Counted from the stretch's first letter, positions 29,093-39,964 are shown. The stretch: DNA of 64,000 bases from Candidatus Binatota bacterium (GCA_012960245.1 DUBO01000038.1:10627-74626); one strand, 5' to 3'. Translations and numbers: made by a program. Notes: generated by a model from the sequence alone, not told the origin.

Positions 29093-30196
29093 TCAGGACC
29101 AGGCCACGGCGATCTCGCGAGGCCCCGAGTAGGGTAGCCTGCCATGCGAGGTGGAATGGTTGTCTATCACCAGCACGTCGCCGCGATGCCAGGACGTCAC
29201 CTTCATATTGCGCCAGATGGCGTCGAATACTGCCGCCACGTCGCGGTTCGGGATCTCGCTGCCGTCAAGCCGGGTACAGTGCATGGCCTGCTCCTCGCTG
29301 CTGCGGGTAAAGCGTTGCAGCAGGGTCAGCAGTTTCGCGAACTGCCACACCGCGAAGTTTCGCAAGGTTGGCCGCATCCTGAAAATACGCCGGTACTCGC
29401 CGGCGGCAGACGACAAGTGAAACACCTGCAGGTGATTGTGCCACGCAGCCTCGCCCGTTTCAGGATGGTCCCTGCTGATCGCCTGGGTACTCACCAGGCG
29501 CAGGCCGTTGTCGTCAAGCCAGGTGACATCAAACCCCTGCTCGCGACACTTGGTTTCCACGGCCACGCGGTCGGTGGTGCCGAACATCTCGTCCCAGCCC
29601 TTGAGCTGAAACGGGCTACGGGACTTCACGCCGGGACCGCAGTAGTTGCGCACGATGCGCAGGCCTCCTTCGACCAGTCGCGCCTTTAAATCCTCGTCGA
29701 GTTCGCGCCACACCCTGCGCAGGTCGGTCACCGGTGTTTCGCCGCTGTCTTCACCCGGTTGCTCGAAGCAACAGAAAAACAGTTTCCCGGGAGGATTGGC
29801 CACGAAGGTCATCTCGGCGTGCTGGGCTATGGGAAAGTGGGCGGGCAACTCGCTGGCAGAAAAAATGTAATCGCTGCCCTGCAGCGGCTCGCGGGGCGAG
29901 GTGCCGAGGTACTCTTTGCCCAGCCGGGGCGCGACAGCGCGGGCCACGGCCTCGAAGCCGACAGCGTCGGTGATGTTGAAATCGCGAAACAGCAGCGCCC
30001 CGTGTTCGACCAGCCTCGCCTGCACCCAGTCGCTGTTGCGCAGTAGCCAGGAAACCAGCCCCGGCCCGGAGTCCACGCCGGCGGGCCCCAGTAGCAGGGG
30101 CAGATCGCCCTCTCCCAGTGCCCTGCACCCCGCCGGAACGGAGGCCGGTGTTGCCCGGTCGATCACAGGTAAGTCCAGGTGGCCAGTAGTCGACAT
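29093..30196 (-). CDS. TauD/TfdA-family Fe(II)/2OG dioxygenase-like protein (SyrP-like)
   Basis: Clavaminate-synthase-like fold features: H-x-E/D (AQHAEM) and distal IDNHSTSHGR. Confidence 0.55.
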   Translation of the reverse strand: MSTTGHLDLPVIDRATPASVPAGCRALGEGDLPLLLGPAGVDSGPGLVSWLLRNSDWVQARLVEHGALLFRDFNITDAVGFEAVARAVAPRLGKEYLGTSPREPLQGSDYIFSASELPAHFPIAQHAEMTFVANPPGKLFFCCFEQPGEDSGETPVTDLRRVWRELDEDLKARLVEGGLRIVRNYCGPGVKSRSPFQLKGWDEMFGTTDRVAVETKCREQGFDVTWLDDNGLRLVSTQAISRDHPETGEAAWHNHLQVFHLSSAAGEYRRIFRMRPTLRNFAVWQFAKLLTLLQRFTRSSEEQAMHCTRLDGSEIPNRDVAAVFDAIWRNMKVTSWHRGDVLVIDNHSTSHGRLPYSGPREIAVAWS

Positions 30197-30337
30197 CGCC
30201 AGCCACAGTGCCCCCCGGTAGCACCCATGCCAAGCCCCGCTGCTGGACGAAACCGTGTCACTGCATTACGGTCTCTGGGCTAGCGGCGAACTTTACTATG
30301 TGCAGACACGGGCCTGGTAACCAGGAAAACCAATAAC

Positions 30338-31615
30338 ATGGCCGATAACATTCCGCGTGGGGCCTCGTGCCCCCACCAGTTAGACCTGATGAACCCAGAG
30401 CTCATGAGCCAGGGGCTTCCACACGAAGACCTGGCCGCCATGAGACGAGAGTGCCCCGTCGCACTGCAGGATAAAACCGAGCACGGCGACAAGTTCTGGG
30501 CGATCACCGGCCGCGAGGAGATCGATTATATTTCCAAGCACCCGGAGCTGTTCTCGTCGGCGACCAACGGTTCCCACCCCCTCCCGGGCGACCAGGACCC
30601 CGGGGTCAGCGATATAGTGCGCCGCTTGATCATCAACATGGACCCGCCTGAGCACAACCAGTATCGCAAAGTTGTAAGCAACGCGTTCAAGATCAGGGCC
30701 ATCGACAAGCTCGAACCGATGATGAGAGAGAGAGCTCGCGAGATAGTCGACAAGGTTGCGCCGCGTGGAAGTTGCGAGTTCGTGTCCGAGGTCGCATCGG
30801 AAATGCCGCTGTTCGTCATCTGCGAGTTGATGGAAATGCCCACCGAGGGACGGCAGGAGTTCTCGGAGCTGGTCACTACCATGCTCGGCATGGACGACCC
30901 CGAGCTCAACGTAAGCTCGGTGGACGGCCAACTCGCGGCGGCGCGGATCTTCGAGGTCGCGATGGGGCTGGCGACCGAACACAAGGCCAACCCTAAAAAG
31001 GGCACCGTGCTCGACGCGTTGCTGACCGGCGCGGTGGAAGGCGAGGCGCTGGACGAGTTCGAATTCTGCTGCTTCTGTCTCATACTCATCGCCGGGGGTG
31101 TTGAAACCACGCGCACGGCCACGGGCCAGGGCATGCGACTGTTGATGGAATACCCCGACCAGCTGCAGAAACTCGTCGACGACCCTTCGCTGATCCCCGG
31201 CGCGGTTGAAGAGATTCTTCGATTTCACCCTCCATTTAATTTCATGCAGCGCACCGCCACCAAGGACCTCACGCTGGGCGACATGGAAATTAAGGAGGGC
31301 GACATAGTGAAAATGTTCTACCCGGTGGCCAACCGCGACGAAGCGGTATTCGGTGACGACTCCGATCATTTTGACGTGACCCGCGCCGAGCGGATGCACG
31401 ACCTGAGAGGAGAACACCGCACTTTCGGCATAGGCCACCACTACTGCATCGGGGCATACCTCGCGCGCTTGGAACTCTCGGTGATGTTCGAAGAAATCAT
31501 TCCGCGCCTGCGCAACCCGCGCCTGGTGGGTGAAGCACGACCGCTGGTGTCCCACTTCGTTACCGGGTTGAAAAAGATGCAGGTTGAGTTTGACGCCGAG
31601 GCCAGCGAGGGCTGA
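30338..31615 (+). CDS. Cytochrome P450
   Basis: FGIGHHYCIGAYLARLE haem-thiolate loop, AGGVETT I-helix, ExxR. Confidence 0.9.
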   Translation: MADNIPRGASCPHQLDLMNPELMSQGLPHEDLAAMRRECPVALQDKTEHGDKFWAITGREEIDYISKHPELFSSATNGSHPLPGDQDPGVSDIVRRLIINMDPPEHNQYRKVVSNAFKIRAIDKLEPMMRERAREIVDKVAPRGSCEFVSEVASEMPLFVICELMEMPTEGRQEFSELVTTMLGMDDPELNVSSVDGQLAAARIFEVAMGLATEHKANPKKGTVLDALLTGAVEGEALDEFEFCCFCLILIAGGVETTRTATGQGMRLLMEYPDQLQKLVDDPSLIPGAVEEILRFHPPFNFMQRTATKDLTLGDMEIKEGDIVKMFYPVANRDEAVFGDDSDHFDVTRAERMHDLRGEHRTFGIGHHYCIGAYLARLELSVMFEEIIPRLRNPRLVGEARPLVSHFVTGLKKMQVEFDAEASEG

Positions 31616-31644
31616 GTCCCGCGCACAGAAAAGGGGAGACAAGC

Positions 31645-32022
31645 ATGTTGCAGAAATTTGTTCTTATTACCGGAGCCCTGGACTACCTGGTGGGACTGGC
31701 CACCTGGGGAGGCGCGCTGGCCGCCCCCGCCCCCGACCACTTCGTGGCCAACATGACCCTGGGCATGTTCCTGATGATGGCCGCCGCCTGCCTCGTGTGG
31801 GCGTCAAAAGACATCGCCGCGCGCGCCCCGGTAATCGTCTGGCAGGGCCTTGTGCGACTGACCGCCGTCGCCTCGGTTATATACGCGGTGCCCGCGGGCC
31901 TGGCCCATCCCGGTCTGTACGCCCTGGTGGTCTTCGACGGAGTAATCGGTCTCGTTTACGTCTTCGGCACCCAGCGCTTCACCGGCCAACCGATGCTGCA
32001 GCTGCTGGCCTGGCGTAGCTGA
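31645..32022 (+). CDS. Small integral membrane protein (hypothetical), likely co-transcribed with the P450
   Basis: RBS aaggggagacaagc-ATG. 4 predicted TM helices. Confidence 0.5.
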   Translation: MLQKFVLITGALDYLVGLATWGGALAAPAPDHFVANMTLGMFLMMAAACLVWASKDIAARAPVIVWQGLVRLTAVASVIYAVPAGLAHPGLYALVVFDGVIGLVYVFGTQRFTGQPMLQLLAWRS

Positions 32023-32060
32023 GCCGAACGGCGGCCCGCGCCAGCAGAAAAGCTGCCAGC

Positions 32061-32450
32061 TCAGATCAGCTGTCCGAGTATGACGAGCTGACCGCCCAGG
32101 CCCACGAACCAGACCAGCGTGCGCCAGGGCTGAAGGCCGGCCGTATACACGGGCACGTAAAGAACGCGGGCCCAGAAAAACACCGTGGCCCCCAGGGCCG
32201 TGGTCTCGTTGGCAAGGCCCGCCGTGTGGGCAACCAGCACGAGAGCGGCAAACGGCACCAGGCTCTCGATGAGGTTGTAGTGAGCGCGTACCGCACGATC
32301 GGTCCACTCAGGCACTTCGAGCGCGCTGTCGCGATTGCCCATCAGCCACTCCATGCCACCAGCCGCTCCGAAACGTCCGGCCAGGTACAACGCGGGGCTA
32401 AGCAGCGCCAGGGTGCAACAGTAAACCAGCATCAATAGATCGGTAGTCAT
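32061..32450 (-). CDS. MAPEG-family membrane protein
   Basis: ~130 aa, 4 TM, MAPEG-like conserved Arg/Tyr pattern (RAHYNLIESLVPFA). Start at MTTDLLM. Confidence 0.55.
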   Translation of the reverse strand: MTTDLLMLVYCCTLALLSPALYLAGRFGAAGGMEWLMGNRDSALEVPEWTDRAVRAHYNLIESLVPFAALVLVAHTAGLANETTALGATVFFWARVLYVPVYTAGLQPWRTLVWFVGLGGQLVILGQLI

Positions 32451-33571
32451 GTTTCGTTTCCTCCCTTGTTCTTCTCGCCGTCGCCGGGCAGGGCCAGCGA
32501 AGCATCGAACCAACTCAGTATACGGTCGTTCTCGTCACGGGCATAGGTATGCGACAGACCGTCTATCTCCCGGTATACAAGATCCGCGCCGGCTTCCCGG
32601 AGCTGCCCGGCGGCCCAACGCGCTGTTTCCACCGGGAACATCCAGTCCAGGGCGCCGTGCACGAGATAAATACGCCTGCCCGCGGCGCGCTGCATGTTGC
32701 CTCGCTCGAGGTTTCCGGGGTGCAGTACCCCCGACATCGGAGCAAACGCAGTAAAAGGTGAATCTTCGGCAAGGCCGGTGAGCAGCGAGTATGTCGCGCC
32801 GTCGGACAGGCCGGTGAGCAGGATGCTCGAGCGCTTTACCGGCCAGCGCTCGGCGACCAGCTCTACCATGGCCCGCAGGGCCGGGCCGTCGATGTCTTCG
32901 CCCATCATCGACCAGGTCGAGCCCTGGGCGGTAGGAGCGAGCAGAAAAAAACCACGGCCGCGGGCCTCCCTCAGCCAGCTCCACATGAAACCGCGCCCGT
33001 CGCCCGAGCCTCCGTGCAGGGCTACCACGAGCGGCATCTCGGCGCTGCCGTCCCACCACTCGGGAACGTAGAGCGCGAAGCCACCGCGTGCCTTGCGATC
33101 GTTGGCGTCACCGCCCAGGTGCACGCCCGTGGCCACACCCTCGCGCGGCTCGGGATCAAGCTCGTCGAGGCGATCGTGAAACTCCTGTTCGACAAAGAAT
33201 CGCCCGAGCGGCGGGAAGGTGCGCAGTGGGTAGAGTTGTTCGAGCGAACGGGTGAAGGCACCCATCGACGCGAGCACCTGCATGATGCCCTGCTCGGCCG
33301 ACGCCTCTGAGCAGAAAAGATCGAAGGCCTCGGCCAGCGATCGGCCACCGGCCAACAGCTGGTCATTGAAGCCGCGCAAGGCCTCGGGCGGGCTGGCAGC
33401 TGCAATACCGTCCAGCCCCGAGGCGAGGCGCTGTCCCACCGGTTTCATGGCTGCACGCAGGGCGGGCAGCTCGGGCGGATGGAGGCGGCGCTGCACCTGT
33501 TCGAAGCCGTCGAGAGTGGCCAGCAGCGGGCCCACCGCAGCCGCCATCACCGCTTCGTAATCATCAGCCAC
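32447..33571 (-). CDS. Esterase/PHB-depolymerase-type alpha/beta hydrolase
   Basis: LVVALHGGSGDGRGF ... GLSDGATY nucleophile elbow. Confidence 0.65.
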   Translation of the reverse strand: MADDYEAVMAAAVGPLLATLDGFEQVQRRLHPPELPALRAAMKPVGQRLASGLDGIAAASPPEALRGFNDQLLAGGRSLAEAFDLFCSEASAEQGIMQVLASMGAFTRSLEQLYPLRTFPPLGRFFVEQEFHDRLDELDPEPREGVATGVHLGGDANDRKARGGFALYVPEWWDGSAEMPLVVALHGGSGDGRGFMWSWLREARGRGFFLLAPTAQGSTWSMMGEDIDGPALRAMVELVAERWPVKRSSILLTGLSDGATYSLLTGLAEDSPFTAFAPMSGVLHPGNLERGNMQRAAGRRIYLVHGALDWMFPVETARWAAGQLREAGADLVYREIDGLSHTYARDENDRILSWFDASLALPGDGEKNKGGNET

Positions 33572-33589
33572 TTACGTACCCCGCGGCAA

Positions 33590-33802
33590 TCAGAACGGCA
33601 GTTCGTCGAGGGTGTCGGCCGTGGCGTCGATGGCGTCGTGGGCCTGGTTGCCCGCGATCGGGACTATGGAAACCACCGCACCGGCGACCCGCAGCGGCAC
33701 CGAAACGATCTTGGTCAGCAGGCAGCCGGTGCTCATGAAACAACCCAGCAGCAGGGCGACCCACATCCAGCTGGCACGGCGACCGTTGATGACATTGTTC
33801 AT
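33590..33802 (-). CDS. Small lipoprotein (hypothetical)
   Basis: MNNVINGRRASWMWVALLLGCFMSTGC lipobox. ~70 aa. Confidence 0.45.
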   Translation of the reverse strand: MNNVINGRRASWMWVALLLGCFMSTGCLLTKIVSVPLRVAGAVVSIVPIAGNQAHDAIDATADTLDELPF

Positions 33803-33912
33803 CGGGCCATTGTAGCGCGCCTGCAGCCGCGCTGCTCGCTGCCGACCAAAACGCAACGGCAAATGCCTCGTATCAGCCGCGCACATCAGGCAGAAAGACA
33901 GTCACGCCACCC

Positions 33913-34719
33913 GTGAAAACAGGAAAAATCGTGAAAAAAAACGACTCCCAGGCAAACGATCTCTTCAATCTCGAGGGCCGCGTGGCTCTCGTCACCGGCG
34001 GCAGCCGCGGCATGGGCAAGGAGATGGCGATGGCCTTCGCCCGTGCGGGCGCCGAGGTGGTGGTCGCCAGCCGCAAGGAGAAGGCATGCGAGGAACTGGC
34101 CACGCAGCTCACCGAGCTCACCGGTCGACGCGCGCTGGGGGTCGGCTTTCACGCCGGCCACTGGCAGCAGTGCCAGGAGCTGGTCGACACGGCCTACAAG
34201 CACTTCGGCCGCGTCGACGTGCTGGTAAACAACGCCGGCATGTCGCCGCTGTACCCTTCGCTCGCCGAGGTGAGCGAAGAACTCTTCGACAAGGTCATAG
34301 GCGTAAACCTCAAGGGGCCCTTCAGGCTGTCGGCGCTCGTGGGCGAGCGAATGGCGGCGGGCGACGGCGGGTCTATTATCAACGTGAGCAGCATCGCCGC
34401 GGTGCAGCCCACGCCCAACGAGCTGCCCTACGCCACGGCCAAGGCCGGGCTCAACGCGCTCACCCTGGGCTTGGCCCGCGCCTACGCTCCCTCGGTCAGG
34501 GTCAACTGCATCATGCCCGGGCCGTTTCTCACCGACATCAGCAAGGCCTGGGACATGGATGCCTTCGAGCAGAGCGCCACCGCCCACATACCGTTGCAAC
34601 GCGGCGGCCAACCCGACGAGATCGTGGGAGCGGCGTTGTACCTGGCCAGCGACGCTTCGAGCTACACCAGCGGTTCTGTAATCAAGGTGGACGGCGGCAC
34701 GGCCTGGCCGGCGGCCTGA
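33913..34719 (+). CDS. SDR-family oxidoreductase
   Basis: TGGSRGMG, NNAG, YATAK. Confidence 0.85.
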   Translation: MKTGKIVKKNDSQANDLFNLEGRVALVTGGSRGMGKEMAMAFARAGAEVVVASRKEKACEELATQLTELTGRRALGVGFHAGHWQQCQELVDTAYKHFGRVDVLVNNAGMSPLYPSLAEVSEELFDKVIGVNLKGPFRLSALVGERMAAGDGGSIINVSSIAAVQPTPNELPYATAKAGLNALTLGLARAYAPSVRVNCIMPGPFLTDISKAWDMDAFEQSATAHIPLQRGGQPDEIVGAALYLASDASSYTSGSVIKVDGGTAWPAA

Positions 34720-34729
34720 GTCCACTCCG

Positions 34730-35725
34730 TTAGCCGTTGGCGATTATACGCTCGGCGAAATTGCGGATACTGTCGAGCCCGGTTGCCTCCAGCGCAACGA
34801 TGGACAATCCGTGCACCTGCTCACGGCGCTGCAGTTCCTCGACCATCTGAGCGGTAGTGCCCGCGAGCACGGCCGGGTGACGGCAGAACTGCTCGGCCGT
34901 GAGCCCGAACATGGCAGCCGCGCCCTCGGCGGTCTCGGCGGCCTGCTTCTCGCTGTCGGCGGGCTGGTAAACGAAAATCGTCGTAGCATAACGCACGGCA
35001 CCGTCCGTCCGGCCAGCGGCTTTGGCCTCCTCCCGCACCAGCGCGAGCTTTTCGGCGACCGATTCGTCGCCGAAGGCACTCACGCTTTCCAACGTGGTCG
35101 TACCGGCCTTGCCGATCTCGGGCACCATGTGGAGAATATCGGCCCAGCGCCCGGCGCGCCTGAGTATGCCCTTGCCACCGCCGCCCAGCATCAGCGGTGG
35201 TCGCGGCTGTTGCGTCGGGGTCGGCCTGACCACGGCGTCGTGCAGCCGATAGTGCTCGCCGTCAAAGCTGCAAGGCTCACCGGTCCACAGTGCCTGCATG
35301 ATCTCTACCGCCTCGTCCATCATGCGCAGGCGCTCGGACACGGGCGGAAAGTCCAGGCCGAACATCTCGAACTCGGCCCTCGTCCAGCCGGCACCTACGC
35401 CGGCAATCACGCGACCTCCACTGAGCTCGTCGAGCTGGGCAAACTGGCGAGCGAGCATGGCCGGGTGACGAAACAGCGTGCAGGCAACGTGGCTGCCCAG
35501 CTTGATGCTACGCGTGCGCTGGGCGATGGCACCAAGCAGCGCAAACAACTCGTAGGTTGGCTGCTCGGTCTTGAGCTCGCCCATCTGTTCAAAAAGATAA
35601 TGGTCGGGCACGAAGACGGTCGTATAACCCAGCGACTCGGCCAGCTGGGCCTGCTCAACAAAAGCATCCAGCCCGTGCCCTTCCTGCTCGACCTGCCCTC
35701 CCCCGACTACTACTGCATACTCCAT
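34730..35725 (-). CDS. LLM-family flavin/F420-dependent oxidoreductase
   Basis: Luciferase-like fold motifs. RBS aagggag before ATG (MEYAVVV). Confidence 0.75.
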   Translation of the reverse strand: MEYAVVVGGGQVEQEGHGLDAFVEQAQLAESLGYTTVFVPDHYLFEQMGELKTEQPTYELFALLGAIAQRTRSIKLGSHVACTLFRHPAMLARQFAQLDELSGGRVIAGVGAGWTRAEFEMFGLDFPPVSERLRMMDEAVEIMQALWTGEPCSFDGEHYRLHDAVVRPTPTQQPRPPLMLGGGGKGILRRAGRWADILHMVPEIGKAGTTTLESVSAFGDESVAEKLALVREEAKAAGRTDGAVRYATTIFVYQPADSEKQAAETAEGAAAMFGLTAEQFCRHPAVLAGTTAQMVEELQRREQVHGLSIVALEATGLDSIRNFAERIIANG

Positions 35726-35805
35726 GACGTCTCCCTTGCGCGCCAGCGGCGCCGACAAGGTGTCGCCGTCTCAGGTCGCAAAGGCAACCGGCGCGCCAGC
35801 CGTGG

Positions 35806-37227
35806 TCAGGAGAAGTAGTCGTCGAGGCTCTCGCGTATGCGCGGCGCCAACACGTACAGTCCTATGACGTTGGGCAGCGCTACTACGAACAACAGCGCGT
35901 CGGACATGGTGAGCACGGCGTCAAGATCAAGCACACAGCCCAGCACGACGAAAGCGCAGTAGACCAACTTGAAAGAAAGCTCGGCCACGCGCGAGTCGCC
36001 CACCAGGTAGGTCCAACCCTTGAGCCCGTAGTAACCCCAGGCGATCATCGTGGAGTACGCGAACAGCAGCGCGGCCAGGCCGACGGCTGCCGGCGACCAC
36101 GACAGCGTGCTCTCAAAAGCGCGCGAGGTAAGCGCCACTCCCTGTACCCCGCTGCCCGCCAGCGATGGTTCGTACACCGTGGTGAGGATCACCAGCGCCG
36201 TCATGGTGCAGATCACGACCGTGTCGATAAACGGTTCGAGCAATCCGACCAGGCCCTCGGTTGCAGGGTGGTGGGTGTTGACCGCCGAGTGGGCGATGGC
36301 GGCCGAGCCGAGTCCAGCCTCGTTTGAGAAAGCCGCGCGGCGAAACCCGAGCATCATCACGCCCAGCACGCCACCGCTTATGCCCTCGGGCGAGAACGCC
36401 CCGTGCCATATCGAAGCAAACGCACCCGGGACCTTGTCGAAGTTAAGGCCGATGACCAGCAGCGCACCCAGGCAGTAGAACAAGGCCATGAACGGCACCA
36501 GGCGAGTGGTGACACGGGCTATGGATTGTATGCCGCCCACCAGCACCAGGCCCACGGCCACGGCCAGAAGCAGGCCCACCTCCAGTGAGCGCCCGGCCAT
36601 GGGGCCGTCGGCACCACCGGTCACGACCAGCAGTTGTTCGAAGACCTGGTTGCTCTGGAACATGTTGCCCGCGCCCAGGCAGCCCAGCACTATGGCCACC
36701 GCGTAGAACCCGCCCAGCGCTCGACCAGCCAGCGGCCAGCCGCGCTCGGCGAAACCCGCGCGCAGGTAGTACATGGGGCCGCCCGACACCTGGCCGTTCT
36801 CGTCGACCTGGCGGTAGCGTACCCCCAGCACGCACTCGGCACACTTGCTGGCCATGCCCAGCAGGCCGGCGACCAGGAGCCAGAACGTCGCCCCGGGGCC
36901 ACCCATTGAAATCGCCACGGCCACGCCGCCTATGTTGCCGATGCCCACGGTGCCCGACACGGCCGTCGAAAGCGCGCCCCAGGGACTGATCTCCCCGCTT
37001 GAATTCGGTGAGCGGCGCTTGCCCGTAACTATGCGCAGGCCCTCGGCCATGCCACGAAAATTGATGAAGCGCAGGTAGAAGGTAAAAAACAGGCCCGCGC
37101 CTATTAACCAGGCCACGATGAGCGGCACCTGCGCGTCGCCTATGGGTACAGCGTAGAAAACTACCGCGGCCATGGCGTCGGCCACGGGACCAAGGACTTC
37201 GTTGACCGCGACGTCTATGCTGTTCAA
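35806..37227 (-). CDS. Alanine/glycine:cation symporter (AGCS) family transporter
   Basis: AGCS signature stretches (GALSTAVSGTVGIGNIGGVAVAI, SGGPMYY). ~11 TM. Confidence 0.8.
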   Translation of the reverse strand: MNSIDVAVNEVLGPVADAMAAVVFYAVPIGDAQVPLIVAWLIGAGLFFTFYLRFINFRGMAEGLRIVTGKRRSPNSSGEISPWGALSTAVSGTVGIGNIGGVAVAISMGGPGATFWLLVAGLLGMASKCAECVLGVRYRQVDENGQVSGGPMYYLRAGFAERGWPLAGRALGGFYAVAIVLGCLGAGNMFQSNQVFEQLLVVTGGADGPMAGRSLEVGLLLAVAVGLVLVGGIQSIARVTTRLVPFMALFYCLGALLVIGLNFDKVPGAFASIWHGAFSPEGISGGVLGVMMLGFRRAAFSNEAGLGSAAIAHSAVNTHHPATEGLVGLLEPFIDTVVICTMTALVILTTVYEPSLAGSGVQGVALTSRAFESTLSWSPAAVGLAALLFAYSTMIAWGYYGLKGWTYLVGDSRVAELSFKLVYCAFVVLGCVLDLDAVLTMSDALLFVVALPNVIGLYVLAPRIRESLDDYFS

Positions 37228-37239
37228 ACTGTTCCCCCC

Positions 37240-37977
37240 ATGAAGATAGGCATCCTTCTCACCGACTCAGTCCAGCCCGCGCTCGCCGCCACGCACGGCC
37301 AGTATAGCGACATGTTCGCCCGCCTGCTCGGTGGCGTGGACCCCTCTCTGCAGTTCGCTTGCTGGGATGTGCATCGCGGCGAGTTTCCCGACTCGATCGA
37401 CGATTGCGATGGCTACCTGATGACCGGCGGCCGGCACAGTGTTTACGACGAGTTGGAGTGGATCGCTCCGCTCGAGAGCTACGTCGTACGGCTGGCCGAA
37501 GCGAGCTGGCCGCTGTTCGCCGTGTGCTTTGGCCACCAGTTGGTTGCCCGCGCACTGGGCGGCCGCACTGAGTTGGCCGAGCAGGGGTGGACGCTCGGTG
37601 TGCACAGCACGCGCATCGAGTCGCCGTTTCCCTGGGCCGTTGCCGGCGGAGATAGCGTTGCCGGCACGCACGGTGAGCTGCGGCTCATACACAGCCACCG
37701 CGACCAGGTGACGCGCCTGCCCGACGGTGCCAGCCTCGTGGGCTCCAGCGATTCCTGCCCTGTTTCTATGTACCGCATCGGCAAGCACGTGATGAGTTGC
37801 CAGGGCCATCCGGAGTTCAGCCCCGAGTATGCGCTGGGCTTGTACGAAAGCAGGCGCGGGTTGTACGCGGATGATCTGTGGAACCGGTCACTGGCTTCGC
37901 TGGCCGAGGACACCGACGGCGGGGTCATCGCCCGGTGGGCGGTAGAGTTTTTTCGTGACGCCGCCGACAGCGACTGA
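37240..37977 (+). CDS. Class I glutamine amidotransferase-like protein
   Basis: AVCFGHQ catalytic Cys motif, HxE region (CQGHPEF). Confidence 0.75.
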   Translation: MKIGILLTDSVQPALAATHGQYSDMFARLLGGVDPSLQFACWDVHRGEFPDSIDDCDGYLMTGGRHSVYDELEWIAPLESYVVRLAEASWPLFAVCFGHQLVARALGGRTELAEQGWTLGVHSTRIESPFPWAVAGGDSVAGTHGELRLIHSHRDQVTRLPDGASLVGSSDSCPVSMYRIGKHVMSCQGHPEFSPEYALGLYESRRGLYADDLWNRSLASLAEDTDGGVIARWAVEFFRDAADSD

Positions 37978-37979
37978 CT

Positions 37980-38801
37980 TCACACCGGTCGGTCGCCCTC
38001 TATGGTAATGCGCTGGTGGCAACGGCGCGCCGGCCACCAATCCTGTACCGGCTTGTGCTGCGTGGCGCGGTTGTCCCAGAAAGCGATCGAGTCGACCTCC
38101 CAGTGAAAGCGGCAATGGAACTCCGGCTTCTCGAGGTGCTCAAACAACCGGGCAAGCAACTGCTCGCTCTCCTGCTCTTCGACGCCGAGCAAGCGGGTGG
38201 TGAACAGGCTGTTGACGAACAGGCAGGGGCGATTGCTCACCGGGTGACGACGCATCACCGGGTGCAGCACAGGCGGGTTGTCGGCCACCGCCACGGCCAG
38301 CCGCTCCCTACCACCAGGTTCGGCCAGGCTCTCGCGGTAGCCGTGGGCAAAGCTGTGCTCGGCGGTCATTGCTTCGAGCTGTTGCCTGAGGGCCGCCGGC
38401 AACGCTGCCCATGCTGCCTCGGTATTAATCCACATGGTGTCGCCGCCCTCGTCAGGAATGACTGTACCCCTGAGCACACTGCCCAGCGGTGGGCACTCGA
38501 GGTAAGTCATGTCGCAGTGCCACTTGTCTATTTTTGAAGGACGCGCGCGGTCGCTTTCGAGTATGGTGAGCTCGGGGTAGTCGTCCACGTGGGGAAACGC
38601 CGGGTGGCGTTGCAACGAACCAAAGCAGGACGCAAAGCGGTGGTGATCGGCTGGCTCAAGAGGCTGGTCGCGAAAGAACAGCACCTTGTGCTCGACCAGC
38701 GCCGCCATCACCCCTGCTATCTCTGTACCCGTCAATTCGCGGGTAAGACCAAGCCCCCTTACTTCGGCCCCGAGGGCCGCCCCTGAAGGAAAAACTTCCA
38801 C
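37980..38801 (-). CDS. TauD/TfdA-family taurine-dioxygenase-like Fe(II)/2OG oxygenase
   Basis: WHCDMTY (HxD) motif, distal FWDNRATQH. Confidence 0.8.
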   Translation of the reverse strand: MEVFPSGAALGAEVRGLGLTRELTGTEIAGVMAALVEHKVLFFRDQPLEPADHHRFASCFGSLQRHPAFPHVDDYPELTILESDRARPSKIDKWHCDMTYLECPPLGSVLRGTVIPDEGGDTMWINTEAAWAALPAALRQQLEAMTAEHSFAHGYRESLAEPGGRERLAVAVADNPPVLHPVMRRHPVSNRPCLFVNSLFTTRLLGVEEQESEQLLARLFEHLEKPEFHCRFHWEVDSIAFWDNRATQHKPVQDWWPARRCHQRITIEGDRPV

Positions 38802-38902
38802 CCGAAGACTTTTATCATCTTGTCCCCGGTATGTAACTGCCCGCCGGCTCTGGTCTCACCCTCCGCGATATCGTAATCGTGTTACCGCGGAGGATGACCA
38901 CC

Positions 38903-39964
38903 ATGGAACCACGCCCGCTCAGCCTCGCTGAAAAAGCCCAACGCCTGTTGCTGCGATCGATGATGGCACTGCCCGAACGCCTGCAGCGCCTGCTGTCCGG
39001 CGGCAGCCATATCGAGATTGACGGGCAGACCCTTAACAGCGACACGCAACTGTTGATTCGCTTGACCCAGCTTGCGGGAGAGAGATCGTTCGACAACATG
39101 ACGGTGGCCGAGGTACGTGAGCAGATGGACAGTGGGGTGGCAGTGATAAGCGGGCCTCCGATCCAGATGGAAACCGTACGGGAACTGGTAATACCCGGTC
39201 CGGCCGGGCACATCCCTGCAAGGTTCTACGTACCACCTGGGTGCGAGGACGGTGGCGGACTGCTGGTGTACTACCACGGTGGTGGCTGGGTCATCGGTGG
39301 CCTGGACTCCCACGATTTGCCCTGCCGCTTTCTCGCCAGCGAGGCCGGCGTAAAAGTCCTGTCGATCGATTACCGTCTTGCTCCCGAGCATCCTTTCCCA
39401 GCCGCCTGTGACGATGCTCTCGCCGCGTTCCGCTGGGCGGTCGAGCACGCCGACAGCCTGGCTGTCGACCCGGCACGGATCGCCGTGGCCGGGGACAGTG
39501 CCGGCGGTAACCTGGCGGCCGCGGTATCGCTACGCGCAACCCGCGACGATGGACCCACGCCTGCTTTCCAGATGCCCATCTACCCCGTGACCGACCTCGC
39601 CAACCGGACCGAGTCGTATCGCCTGTTCGCCGAGGGCTTCTTCCTTACCGCTGACCAGATGGATTGGTTCATCGACCACTATAGCGCCAGCAATCGCGAA
39701 AACGCCGAAAACCCCTCTGCCTCGCCACTGCTGGCAGAAGACCTTTCGGGCCTGCCACCGGCTTACGTCACCACGGCCGGCTTCGACCCCCTCAGAGACG
39801 AGGGCGAAGCATACGCCGAGCGACTGAAGGAAGCAGGCGTACCGGTTACCCTGAAACGCCACGAAGGCCTGGTACACGGCTTCGCGAATACCACCTGGAT
39901 AAGCGAGGGATCGCGAAGCGCAATGGCAGAAGCAGCCGCGGCGCTGTCGGCGGCTATCGGCTGA
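38903..39964 (+). CDS. Alpha/beta hydrolase, HSL/Aes-type esterase-lipase
   Basis: HGGGW oxyanion motif, GDSAGG nucleophile elbow. Confidence 0.85.
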   Translation: MEPRPLSLAEKAQRLLLRSMMALPERLQRLLSGGSHIEIDGQTLNSDTQLLIRLTQLAGERSFDNMTVAEVREQMDSGVAVISGPPIQMETVRELVIPGPAGHIPARFYVPPGCEDGGGLLVYYHGGGWVIGGLDSHDLPCRFLASEAGVKVLSIDYRLAPEHPFPAACDDALAAFRWAVEHADSLAVDPARIAVAGDSAGGNLAAAVSLRATRDDGPTPAFQMPIYPVTDLANRTESYRLFAEGFFLTADQMDWFIDHYSASNRENAENPSASPLLAEDLSGLPPAYVTTAGFDPLRDEGEAYAERLKEAGVPVTLKRHEGLVHGFANTTWISEGSRSAMAEAAAALSAAIG